Positions 31,498 through 40,264 of a stretch of 64,000 bases of DNA are shown piece by piece. The stretch lies in the sequence record PV654397.1; one strand, 5' to 3'. The notes under the pieces were generated by a model, which made no database searches, was not told the origin of the DNA, and saw only the letters and a list, made by a program, of their open reading frames with translations. Numbering within the stretch: the first letter of the stretch is position 1; every line of letters starts with the position of its first letter. Both the position numbers and the translations under genes were made by a program.

Positions 31498-31622
31498 CAC
31501 TCCCCCATCAGCCAATCAAAGAGACGCTCCAAGAAGCCATTAGGCTTGTATTCTGGTTCTTTGTTCACGTCGGTTTCTTGTTCATAAACACCCAAATCTT
31601 CTTCAAGTATAATTGTATTCAT
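31497..31622 (-). CDS. 41-aa acidic micro-protein, paralog B
   Basis: TAATG coupling; MNTIILEEDLGVYEQETDVNKEPEYKPNGFLERLFDWLMGE. Confidence 0.72.
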   Translation of the reverse strand: MNTIILEEDLGVYEQETDVNKEPEYKPNGFLERLFDWLMGE

Positions 31623-32005
31623 TATATATTATACTCTATTATACCATCATCACATTCACCAGACAACCACTTAATGTAATTTACTTTGTAGAAATTAATC
31701 AATGCATAAGTGCTGTACTCAATCAACAAGTGATCTCTCAAGAATTCGTCTTGAGCATATCCATCTTCATCCAAATCTGTTGGAATATCAGTTTCTTTGT
31801 CTTGGATGTGTAAAGTTATTGTGTCTTTTGTTATACAAATTTTTATATGATTACAAATAGTAATGATGATTATGCTATATGTTCTATTGAAATATATTGT
31901 GAAATCTTCATTAATATTATATCTTCGACTTTCTTCATATTTCTGATATGGGTCGAAATGTGATAAATTAACTTTAATTAATGTATTTCTCAACTTACAC
32001 CTCAA
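31622..32005 (-). CDS. Hypothetical protein, Q..F..D paralog family
   Basis: IPTDLDEDGYAQDEFLRD motif. Confidence 0.7.
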   Translation of the reverse strand: MRCKLRNTLIKVNLSHFDPYQKYEESRRYNINEDFTIYFNRTYSIIIITICNHIKICITKDTITLHIQDKETDIPTDLDEDGYAQDEFLRDHLLIEYSTYALINFYKVNYIKWLSGECDDGIIEYNI

Positions 32006-32011
32006 TCATAT

Positions 32012-32095
32012 AAAGTAATTATACATTTTATTGTACAATATAAAAAGGTCTTAAAAAGTAATTATACATTTTATTGTACAATATAAAAAGGTCTT
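32012..32095. repeat. Tandem duplication, 41 bp identical, 43 bp period
   Basis: aaagtaattatacattttattgtacaatataaaaaggtctt at 32012 and 32055. Confidence 0.92.
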
Positions 32096-32444
32096 TCACA
32101 TTATCATAAGTAATGTTAGATAGATCATAAATCAATGATAACTGAAAAAATGAAGCTTCGTCTATTTCTGCTGGGATTATAACATCTCCATCGTCTTCGT
32201 CCATTTTATTGGTGTAGTATTTTATGTGATCAGCATTCAACTCAATCGAGAACATAAGGTTGGATTTTGTCTCATCTTCAATTAATCCAAACAAATTAGA
32301 TTTATCATTAGTAAAAAATCCAATTCCAACGTTACAGTCCTCTGGATTTGGATAGTACCATCTGTTAAATACCAGACTATCTGGTAAATCAACATCATTT
32401 GTTGATACGAGAGATTTTACTACATCTGCCCAAACATAATTCAT
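32028..32444 (-). CDS. Hypothetical protein, Q..F..D paralog family
   Basis: IPAEIDEASFFQLSLIYD motif. Confidence 0.75.
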   Translation of the reverse strand: MNYVWADVVKSLVSTNDVDLPDSLVFNRWYYPNPEDCNVGIGFFTNDKSNLFGLIEDETKSNLMFSIELNADHIKYYTNKMDEDDGDVIIPAEIDEASFFQLSLIYDLSNITYDNVKDLFILYNKMYNYFLRPFYIVQ

Positions 32445-32461
32445 AATTAAAACTCCATAAG

Positions 32462-32490
32462 AAAAGGGACAGAATAATCTCTGTCCCTTT
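32462..32490 (-). terminator. Intrinsic terminator after hpf
   Basis: aaagggaca-gaataatctc-tgtcccttt. Confidence 0.65.
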
Positions 32491-32498
32491 ATTATATC

Positions 32499-32831
32499 TT
32501 ACTCTTCGTCTTCAGTCAAGTCTTCTTGAACTGGATGTTCGGGGTGGTTACGGCGATGCAATTTGATGCTTTTGTCTTTACCTAAGACAGTTTCCATTTT
32601 TTCAAATGAATCACCAATTGCTTTGTATAAATCTGCATCATCGGCTGTAACACTCTTACCGCCTGATGTTAAAGTTACGGAATATTGATTCTTATGCTCT
32701 TTCTTCACATGAACACCAATATGCAGTACTGAAGAATCACTAAATTTCGTTAGTACATTTGCTTCTGCATGAATCGCGTCATTGATTGCTGGAGTAATAT
32801 CAACATTACCTTGAATAACTAAATCTAGCAT
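32499..32831 (-). CDS. hpf: Ribosome hibernation promoting factor (S30AE/HPF/RaiA family)
   Basis: IQGNVDITPAI...DLYKAIG...KM aligns by eye to HPF ITGNNVEITEAL...DMYAAID..KL. Confidence 0.8.
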   Translation of the reverse strand: MLDLVIQGNVDITPAINDAIHAEANVLTKFSDSSVLHIGVHVKKEHKNQYSVTLTSGGKSVTADDADLYKAIGDSFEKMETVLGKDKSIKLHRRNHPEHPVQEDLTEDEE

Positions 32832-32847
32832 AATTTACCTACCTTTT

Positions 32848-33774
32848 TTAGAGTGAGCTTAACAGCAAATCCGCTCTGTTTGTAACTTGGCGATACCACA
32901 AGGAATTCATGATTTCTTTCTTGAATTTCTTAGGGTTATCCATTTTAACACTTTTCCAAAGTTTGTCAAATGTTGCCAACTTATCAACGCCCATTGTGTA
33001 TGACATTTCAAACAGGATACGCTGCTGTTCTTTTGTCAGATTAACTGCATCTTTCTTCTGCATCAATAGTGTAAAGTCCTCGTAAGTCCTTTTCATATCT
33101 TGCATTAAAAGTTTGTTGGCCTGTGCTTTGGTAATCCCGTTTCTGTACTTCATTGCATCAGAATCTTTCTTACCCAAATAATGCCCATAACCAATTGTAT
33201 AATTACCTTTCATGTCCTTATAGGGATGAAATTTAGAATTGTGGAAAGGAACTCCAACTTTCCCACCAAGTAAACGTCGTTTGTTCTTGGACTGAAATTC
33301 AATAGAACCTTCAGCTTCTTTGATGTGATTGACAATTTCTGGATCTTTATAATCAAACAGTACAGTCACATCTGGTAACAATACGTTCTTCAAATCCTCT
33401 TTTGTTGGGATAAAGATACCCTGAGAAGTATGAAGAGTTGCATTTAAGTTGATGTTCTTCAACAAAATGACATAATCTTCAATCTGTACATTTTTAGGTT
33501 TAAATTTCTGTGCAATAGAATAATAACTATCTCCAGGTTGAACCGTATAATGTTTCTCGCTGCTTGGAACTGCTTTTGGTACTGATACCTGTGGTAGTTC
33601 CTGCTTTTGAATTTGAGTAAACTGTGGTTTTAAATTATGCACCTGACTTTCGTCTAATGATGGTACATGATCACTTTGAGAAAAACCATAAAATCCAATC
33701 GCAGCGAATAGGGCTGATGAAACTAATACGCCTACGGCAATTTTAGTTTTCAGTGCTTTTTTCGCTTTTTTCAA
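32848..33774 (-). CDS. Membrane-anchored LysM + T4-lysozyme-like (GH24) protein
   Basis: TTG start after AAAGGAGG; N-terminal TM helix; YTVQPGDSYYSIA LysM; EG..YKD..G.YTIGYGH and SLWYRQ..NRA. Confidence 0.85.
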   Translation of the reverse strand: MKKAKKALKTKIAVGVLVSSALFAAIGFYGFSQSDHVPSLDESQVHNLKPQFTQIQKQELPQVSVPKAVPSSEKHYTVQPGDSYYSIAQKFKPKNVQIEDYVILLKNINLNATLHTSQGIFIPTKEDLKNVLLPDVTVLFDYKDPEIVNHIKEAEGSIEFQSKNKRRLLGGKVGVPFHNSKFHPYKDMKGNYTIGYGHYLGKKDSDAMKYRNGITKAQANKLLMQDMKRTYEDFTLLMQKKDAVNLTKEQQRILFEMSYTMGVDKLATFDKLWKSVKMDNPKKFKKEIMNSLWYRQVTNRADLLLSSL

Positions 33775-33890
33775 AACGCCTCCTTTGTTGGTTGTTAACA
33801 ATGAGCAATCACAAAGAGGGCAAAGAGGCCATTTGCAAAAGCCTCATTGGACTTTCTACAGTACTCAGTTGTTCTTTGGAACATTTAAGT

Positions 33891-33918
33891 AGTATAGCAT
33901 ACTTTTTAGTTATATCAA
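33891..33918 (-). promoter_or_regulatory. Sigma70-like promoter for lysozyme gene
   Basis: TTGATA-16-TATACT. Confidence 0.55.
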
Positions 33919-33941
33919 GACCTATTTACCAAATAACCACA

Positions 33942-34352
33942 TTAATCGTAGTATGTTCTACCAATGGTGATGTGATATTTGAAATATTTAGATGCTAAAC
34001 CAAGTTCATCACGAATTTGTGCAATGAAATCATCTTCAAACTCTATGATAAAGAATGACCCAGGTTTCTTATTGTCTTTTACTTCTTCGATGAAAGGTTC
34101 GAACTTAATCTTAACTTTCATACCATCGTACTTTTTCCAGTACTCTGGATTTGGTGGCACTTCACCACGAACGATACTGACATGTGCTCCCCATTGTGGG
34201 TCTTTAATATCAATATGTAAGTCAGTTCTGATGAAGTACTGGTAGTAACGAACCAACTGTAATGGAAGTTGCAGTACTAACCAGAAGTCCTTCTTCTTTT
34301 TCATAGTGCCACGATCTGGATCATACACCAGAGTTCCTTCCATTTCAATCAT
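33942..34352 (-). CDS. 2H phosphoesterase family protein
   Basis: Two H-hydrophobic-S/T motifs: AHVSIV and YHITIG. Confidence 0.7.
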   Translation of the reverse strand: MIEMEGTLVYDPDRGTMKKKKDFWLVLQLPLQLVRYYQYFIRTDLHIDIKDPQWGAHVSIVRGEVPPNPEYWKKYDGMKVKIKFEPFIEEVKDNKKPGSFFIIEFEDDFIAQIRDELGLASKYFKYHITIGRTYYD

Positions 34353-34359
34353 ATTTTAC

Positions 34360-34563
34360 CTATAAATTTACATATATGTTTTTATTTTCAATACGAACAT
34401 AAGTTTCCAAAACATCTTTCGGAATTTTATTACTTGTTTTGTACCATGTAGTATTATCTACTAAAACAAAAGTTTCACCTTCAGTTTCACCAAATGTACT
34501 TAGTGCATAAATGAAGTAGTTTGGTGATGCACTACAATATACATCAGCATTAATTTCAATCAT
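34360..34563 (-). CDS. Hypothetical protein
   Basis: 67-aa ORF in operon. Confidence 0.6.
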   Translation of the reverse strand: MIEINADVYCSASPNYFIYALSTFGETEGETFVLVDNTTWYKTSNKIPKDVLETYVRIENKNIYVNL

Positions 34564-34566
34564 ATT

Positions 34567-34698
34567 TTACACCACAATAAAGCTTAATACAACGAGTGTA
34601 ATAAACACACCCACGATGGCAGTCATTTCTGGATTTGCATCATATGTGTATCGGATGCACTTTAGAAAATCTTTACCAAACTTTTTTAGTCCATTCAT
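34567..34698 (-). CDS. 43-aa C-terminally anchored membrane peptide
   Basis: aagga RBS; MNGLKKFG...AIVGVFITLVVLSFIVV. Confidence 0.55.
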   Translation of the reverse strand: MNGLKKFGKDFLKCIRYTYDANPEMTAIVGVFITLVVLSFIVV

Positions 34699-34709
34699 AT
34701 ATTTTCCTT

Positions 34710-35066
34710 TCATTTCTTGTGTAAAGGGTCGGTACTTTCATAATAGATTGTATCATTATTTCGTTCAATAGTAAAACTCTTTTGACACAACTCTTCAGCT
34801 AAACCCTTAGCATAGTTTAATACATCTCGGTTGAGATATATTTCTTCTTTTGGGAAGCGTGGGTACTGAATAATACGAGCACACATTCCACTTTCAAGAC
34901 CACCCGTGTAGATGTATTCACACGGAATCAATTGTACACAAAATCCAAGCTTGAATGCAAACTTTCGTGTGTACTCTCTTGCTGTTTGGATATCACCAGC
35001 AATATGAATATTCCAGTACTGTGTTTCAACTGTACCTTTGTCGATGTATTTCATACTCATCTCCAA
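34710..35066 (-). CDS. Hypothetical protein
   Basis: 118-aa ORF, YIYTGGLESG...YPRFP. Confidence 0.7.
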   Translation of the reverse strand: MEMSMKYIDKGTVETQYWNIHIAGDIQTAREYTRKFAFKLGFCVQLIPCEYIYTGGLESGMCARIIQYPRFPKEEIYLNRDVLNYAKGLAEELCQKSFTIERNNDTIYYESTDPLHKK

Positions 35067-35083
35067 TTATAGCATAAAAAATC

Positions 35084-35479
35084 CTACTTGCCCAAATCTT
35101 CTATAATTCTTTTTATGATATCATTGTTTTCCAGACATAAAGTACTGAAATTTCTACCTGTTTTTTCATTGAGTTCATTAATCTCAAGCATAAGATAACC
35201 ATAAGTGATATCTTGGACCCTACTTCGTTTTACCCTTGAGTACAGTCTGATGGGTACAGATACACGAGTATTCAAAAAGAATTCTGATAAATCATAACGA
35301 TATACCAGGTATTCATTCTTGTAACGTTTACGACTGTACGATTCTAAACACTGTGGGAAACGTCTATCAAACATACTACTTCTTAGTTGAAGTGTGATTG
35401 GATCTAACTTATGCGAGAAATACTTTTTGATTATTTTATTAAATCTTGTTACATGTCGTTTACGCCATCTCATAATCAA
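35084..35479 (-). CDS. Basic hypothetical protein
   Basis: 131-aa ORF, ATGA coupled. Confidence 0.65.
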   Translation of the reverse strand: MIMRWRKRHVTRFNKIIKKYFSHKLDPITLQLRSSMFDRRFPQCLESYSRKRYKNEYLVYRYDLSEFFLNTRVSVPIRLYSRVKRSRVQDITYGYLMLEINELNEKTGRNFSTLCLENNDIIKRIIEDLGK

Positions 35480-35919
35480 ACCTTAAAAAATATAATAGGA
35501 AAGTATTTTGTTTCCGAATCTGAAATACTGTTACAGTAATCTTTCAATTCATCATGGATAACATTCAAATGAATAGTAGGATAGTTCATAGGTTTCTGTA
35601 CTGGGCCAGTGGCATATACGCAATCTGTTCTATCCCAACTTACATATTGGGTTGGGTAATTATCTTTAGTACGTTCTTCAATAATAATATTATATTCTGG
35701 TGTATTGAATATATACATATCACATTGTGAAATGTACTGAACATTAAAATCACCGTCAGTGAGATGGATCATGTTCCCATCGCAATATAAGCATGATGGT
35801 TCAGTGTATCCTAAAATTGAAGATAAAGTTCTGAAGTTTGCTCCTGGACCCAAATATACCAAATTCGTGTGTAAACAAATATCAATGAAACGTTTGAAGA
35901 CTTCAGTTTCGTTATGCAT
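35476..35919 (-). CDS. Hypothetical protein
   Basis: 147-aa ORF with RBS. Confidence 0.7.
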   Translation of the reverse strand: MHNETEVFKRFIDICLHTNLVYLGPGANFRTLSSILGYTEPSCLYCDGNMIHLTDGDFNVQYISQCDMYIFNTPEYNIIIEERTKDNYPTQYVSWDRTDCVYATGPVQKPMNYPTIHLNVIHDELKDYCNSISDSETKYFPIIFFKV

Positions 35920-35962
35920 ATAGATACCTTAAAAAGACCCCACATAGTGAGGTCAAACACTT

Positions 35963-36187
35963 TTAAACGTTATCATCATCCAAAGCTTCACGGTACACAT
36001 AATAAACATGCGTACCTAGAAGAACAATGAGTACAATGAATACTAACCAGAATGGTACAAAATGCAGTACAAGTGCAAATGCCATTACGGTAATAACCAT
36101 CACTACTGAACTAAAAATAAGACTAGTAGCTTTTTTAAATCCAGATAGTACATCATTCAAAACGCGTTTCATAAATGAATCAACCAT
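35963..36187 (-). CDS. Small two-TM membrane protein
   Basis: Two hydrophobic segments. Confidence 0.7.
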   Translation of the reverse strand: MVDSFMKRVLNDVLSGFKKATSLIFSSVVMVITVMAFALVLHFVPFWLVFIVLIVLLGTHVYYVYREALDDDNV

Positions 36188-36764
36188 TTTTATTCCTCAT
36201 ATAATCCATATAGCAAGTTCTGCATAGACTCTTGTATGATTCATCACCACCAATAAAGACTTTATCAGTACTTTCAACTATACGGGCATTCATAGTGGCT
36301 TCTTTGCCACACTTCTGATTCTCACACACGTTCTTAAGTTCATGTATGTCATCAGCTATTTCGAACAGTCTTTGTGAACCTTCAAAAAGATTGGATTCAA
36401 AATCTGTTCGTATTCCATAACAGGAAACATCAACACCATAATTATCTGCTATATCAGCTAAATGGTCAATTTGTTCTCTGTTTAAAAATTGACATTCATC
36501 AACATAGATACTGTTAATGTCAACGTCATTTTTGAGTGTTTCTTTAACTTTAAGAAGAACACTAATGTCATTTTTTGGAATTACTTCAGCCACAGCTTCG
36601 ATGCCAATTCTTGAAGTAATCTTTCCTGTTCCATAACGATCATCAAGTGCACTGGTTAAGTAAATTACCTTCATTCCATTTTTCTTATGGTTATATGCTT
36701 TTTGTAAAAGATGAGTACTTTTACCACTAGACATACTACCATAGTAATATACTAATTTACCCAT
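36180..36764 (-). CDS. tdk: Thymidine kinase
   Basis: GSMSSGKS, ITSRIG, VDECQF, YGIRTDF, Zn cysteines C...CG and LCRTC. Confidence 0.96.
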   Translation of the reverse strand: MGKLVYYYGSMSSGKSTHLLQKAYNHKKNGMKVIYLTSALDDRYGTGKITSRIGIEAVAEVIPKNDISVLLKVKETLKNDVDINSIYVDECQFLNREQIDHLADIADNYGVDVSCYGIRTDFESNLFEGSQRLFEIADDIHELKNVCENQKCGKEATMNARIVESTDKVFIGGDESYKSLCRTCYMDYMRNKNG

Positions 36765-37095
36765 TTTTAATCCTTAAGTACGTGTGCTTACATTTTAATC
36801 TATTACCATAGGATGAAATTGGGATATTGAACATTTCTATTTTACCCTCTTTTAAAAGACGTAAAATATCTGGATCGTTTTTGGTTTGTACACAATGAAG
36901 ACCATTGACTTGAATTTCTAAACCATTCTTCAGAAATTCATAAATCTTCTGTCTACGCTTCCCACCGAAACTTTCATTTCGGATAACATCTCTTAGGTCT
37001 TTATATTCTTGTTTTAATTTCCTGTCAAAAAGTGTTCCATCTTTCTTTCTGATTTCTTCAATACACTTATATTGAGTTTGTCCTCTAAGAGCCAT
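36757..37095 (-). CDS. Hypothetical protein
   Basis: 112-aa basic ORF. Confidence 0.7.
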   Translation of the reverse strand: MALRGQTQYKCIEEIRKKDGTLFDRKLKQEYKDLRDVIRNESFGGKRRQKIYEFLKNGLEIQVNGLHCVQTKNDPDILRLLKEGKIEMFNIPISSYGNRLKCKHTYLRIKNG

Positions 37096-37564
37096 ATTTG
37101 ACCTCGTTGGGATATTTCTTCATTAACTCATGTAAACGTTGAATTTCCTGATTTTTCTTATGTTCTTCATCATACTTCTTAGAAAGATTCTTTCTTGTAT
37201 TTGTTTCTAATAATCTAAAATTAGTACAGAATCTATCATTTTTAGCAACGTTCTTACGTAACGCATCAAAAACAGTACTGAAATAGTTATCCAATGGAAA
37301 AGAAGTATCAGTGTAATTATAAAAATCCATTACATTTGTCATGTTCACATGTTCAATTACCGCACCATTGTGCGTTACAATAAACATTATATCACCATAA
37401 TTACAATTTGCATCAGTACGGTACAGATATAAATGATCACGTAAATAATCTTTTAATTTATGTTCAATACCACTTTGTTCAGTACTTTGAAATACCAAAA
37501 CTTCACCATAGATTGTATTACCTTCATAATCATTTGGTTCGCGGATAATTGTAAGGTTATACAT
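37085..37564 (-). CDS. Hypothetical protein
   Basis: 159-aa ORF with ggag RBS. Confidence 0.7.
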   Translation of the reverse strand: MYNLTIIREPNDYEGNTIYGEVLVFQSTEQSGIEHKLKDYLRDHLYLYRTDANCNYGDIMFIVTHNGAVIEHVNMTNVMDFYNYTDTSFPLDNYFSTVFDALRKNVAKNDRFCTNFRLLETNTRKNLSKKYDEEHKKNQEIQRLHELMKKYPNEVKYGS

Positions 37565-37572
37565 ATAACTCC

Positions 37573-37863
37573 TTATACCGGAGATACGGTACTCAGCATT
37601 AGTAGAGCAGTGTTTTCATCAATTTCATGTTGATTGTCGCACACTAGATTTTCCAATAGGTCTGGATTGTAATAATAATGTTCATAATCTGTATCATTTG
37701 GAATATGGTGATAGGTGAATACAATGTCAAATACATCATCATCATTTTCACTTTTGAAACGCTTTAATTCTTCTACACTTTCAACAAAACCATACTCTTC
37801 AAAAGCAGTAGTACCATCAGTAAGTTTCATCCATGCACTTGCGACAATTTTCATAAATTTCAA
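37573..37863 (-). CDS. Hypothetical protein
   Basis: 96-aa ORF. Confidence 0.7.
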   Translation of the reverse strand: MKFMKIVASAWMKLTDGTTAFEEYGFVESVEELKRFKSENDDDVFDIVFTYHHIPNDTDYEHYYYNPDLLENLVCDNQHEIDENTALLMLSTVSPV

Positions 37864-37867
37864 ATCC

Positions 37868-38455
37868 TTATTCTTTTGTAATGTTTAGTTTAGAAACGAA
37901 ATGGTTTTTTGCTTCTTCAAATGTCATTGAAGTATATACTGGGTTCCAATTATCGTCAAGATCTGTAAGTACTTTAACTTCCATTACATCTTCAGGTGTG
38001 TAGAATTGCCATGTGTTATGATCTGGTTCATAATTAGGGTCTAGTGTGAAAACTGTTCCATTCTGACCATAAACTTGTCCATCCTCTAATAGCTCACGAA
38101 ATAAGTCTTCCCCAGTTGTTGGGTCTTCGTATGCATTATAAAAAGGAAAAACAACATTCTCAACATCAGTTCGGGTAGTACCATCGTCTTCATCATATTC
38201 AACTAAACGGTCCTGATGAAATACTAGGTCAATAGCACCAATGCGAGGTTTATTATGTGGAGTTTTGATTTCTTGCTGGGAATTGTAATCCATACGTTCA
38301 GTACTGATGAATACACCACTTGGTGTGATTTCAATACCAGACACATTTTCTGGTGAATAGTACGCTTCACACATATCATCAATATACATGTGCTCATGAT
38401 ACACTTCCATTTCAGGGTTCTGCATCAACAGTGCTGCTAGGTCTTTTGCTTTCAA
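37868..38455 (-). CDS. Acidic hypothetical protein
   Basis: 195-aa ORF, ATGA coupled. Confidence 0.75.
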   Translation of the reverse strand: MKAKDLAALLMQNPEMEVYHEHMYIDDMCEAYYSPENVSGIEITPSGVFISTERMDYNSQQEIKTPHNKPRIGAIDLVFHQDRLVEYDEDDGTTRTDVENVVFPFYNAYEDPTTGEDLFRELLEDGQVYGQNGTVFTLDPNYEPDHNTWQFYTPEDVMEVKVLTDLDDNWNPVYTSMTFEEAKNHFVSKLNITKE

Positions 38456-38844
38456 TCTTCAATCTCCATAGAGTCATCACTTTCGTAATCATCACTAGTG
38501 TACTTAGTTTTTACCTCAATACCATTCTCATGTAGGTATGTGATAAAACCATTACCATGAACGAATTGATTATAATATGTATTTTCTTCTACATGTGAGT
38601 CATAATCATCTTCGTAATATGTGGGCATTGTAACATCATGACCTGCACTTTGCAAGTACTGGAACAATTCTTTCAGTACTACTTCGATATCACCTTCTTC
38701 TGTGCCATAACAATATGCAGGTTCACCGTGAGTGAATTTGAATCCTTTACAGGAAACTGTATAAATATCACTCATGTTCATACCACAATCATCACATTCA
38801 TGTATAGAACAATGCTGGTGGAATTTAATCTTTTTGATTTGCAT
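38452..38844 (-). CDS. Hypothetical protein with possible metal-binding Cys/His
   Basis: H.HC..HEC.DCG motif. Confidence 0.7.
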   Translation of the reverse strand: MQIKKIKFHQHCSIHECDDCGMNMSDIYTVSCKGFKFTHGEPAYCYGTEEGDIEVVLKELFQYLQSAGHDVTMPTYYEDDYDSHVEENTYYNQFVHGNGFITYLHENGIEVKTKYTSDDYESDDSMEIED

Positions 38845-39178
38845 TTAGAAAATCCTGTAAAGATGTAGTAGACATTGGACTATCAGCACCATCATACCAC
38901 AGTGATGTATATGGCTGAACTGAACTAATATCAATACAGAATCCTTCACGCTCACATTTTCGAGCGAATTCTTCAGTAGTTAGTTTGTTACCAAAAGAAA
39001 TCTCAAATTCATAACTAGACATATCAATATCAGTACTGTAAATCAATGTACCATCATATGTAATATGGAGTTTAGAATCTGCGTCAAAAAGACGATCTGA
39101 AATAGCTTCATAATCATCTTCAGGAACTGCTTCAATAAGACGGGCCATTAGTCCAGATGTTACGCGGTAATCACTCAT
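38825..39178 (-). CDS. Hypothetical protein
   Basis: Start reassigned to MSDYRV (ggag RBS). Confidence 0.7.
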   Translation of the reverse strand: MSDYRVTSGLMARLIEAVPEDDYEAISDRLFDADSKLHITYDGTLIYSTDIDMSSYEFEISFGNKLTTEEFARKCEREGFCIDISSVQPYTSLWYDGADSPMSTTSLQDFLNANQKD

Positions 39179-39191
39179 ATATATTCTCCAA

Positions 39192-39219
39192 AAGAAAAGG
39201 AGAGTCACAATGACTCTCC
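39192..39219 (-). terminator. Intrinsic terminator
   Basis: ggagagtca-caa-tgactctcc with a minus-strand U tract. Confidence 0.75.
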
Positions 39220-39226
39220 ATATATT

Positions 39227-39667
39227 TTATTGTAAAACTTTGAGTTTGTAAAGCATTCCTTCACAAAAACTCATAATGTCTTCTAGCGTGTTAGTACTGC
39301 CATAGTCTTCAGCCTCTTCTAGCATAGCATGAATGGCTTTACATTGACTAACATATTCTTCAAGAATTGGTACACAATCCTCGATAGGGGTAAAACGATA
39401 ACTGTTACCAGTACCTACCTGCAATGCCCCGCGAGTGTTCATAATACCCTCTACAAATGCATCAACGTACTCAGGTAACTCTTTGTATAGTTCATCCAAT
39501 TGTAGGTGCTTAGTGTAGAAATGGCTCTGTAAATGCCAGTTGTGAGCAGCAGCACTTAAAAATAAACTATTCTCAATAAATGTAAGTAGTACTTCATCAT
39601 AAGAACTATCTTCTTCAGTATCTCCGATAAAGTCCATTACATGTCGTAAATCATTAATATTTTCCAT
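39227..39667 (-). CDS. Ferritin/Dps-like four-helix protein (DUF5856-like)
   Basis: AHNWHLQS.FY.KH..LDELY.ELPE.VD.FVE; YKLK.LQ C-terminus. Confidence 0.7.
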   Translation of the reverse strand: MENINDLRHVMDFIGDTEEDSSYDEVLLTFIENSLFLSAAAHNWHLQSHFYTKHLQLDELYKELPEYVDAFVEGIMNTRGALQVGTGNSYRFTPIEDCVPILEEYVSQCKAIHAMLEEAEDYGSTNTLEDIMSFCEGMLYKLKVLQ

Positions 39668-39697
39668 AAATCTCTCCTTAGAGTTATTCTATGGTAT

Positions 39698-40126
39698 TTA
39701 GTTAATAATAAAGGTAACTTCAGGATTCATTTCTGAAACTGCATTTCTCTTACTTCTATTCCATAGTACTCTATTGTTATATAATGAAGAATCACAAATT
39801 ATAAGTAAGCAATTCCTTAATCTACTTACAGTACTTTGATTACTTAAATCAGTTTCTGTAACAAAAAATACATTATCAGGAACTTCTACAGGAATTGATT
39901 TATCAAAGAAGAAAACTACAATAGGTCTGTTTGTATGAACTAAATTAATAAAGTCTAAAATACTGTTATAAAATTCAGTTCCTTTGTTTAAACTTAATGG
40001 ATCTTTGATTCTCTTCAAATAGGTCTGAACCAAATTATGATCGCTTTTGATTTGATACTCAAAATATTCTTTGAATAACATTTGTGTTAATTCAGATGTA
40101 TTGGATATTTTCGTTGTGTTACTCAT
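39698..40126 (-). CDS. Hypothetical protein
   Basis: 142-aa ORF. Confidence 0.7.
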   Translation of the reverse strand: MSNTTKISNTSELTQMLFKEYFEYQIKSDHNLVQTYLKRIKDPLSLNKGTEFYNSILDFINLVHTNRPIVVFFFDKSIPVEVPDNVFFVTETDLSNQSTVSRLRNCLLIICDSSLYNNRVLWNRSKRNAVSEMNPEVTFIIN

Positions 40127-40264
40127 TCACTTCGTTCTCTCGTAACTCAAGAAGTCACTACGTTTACTTCGTAAACTAGTTCCTTCTGAAAATGATAATG
40201 TACTTTAAAAGCTTGACGGGATTTGTTGAGGACTATTTCATCCCCCCGCAGGGGAATGAAGGTA

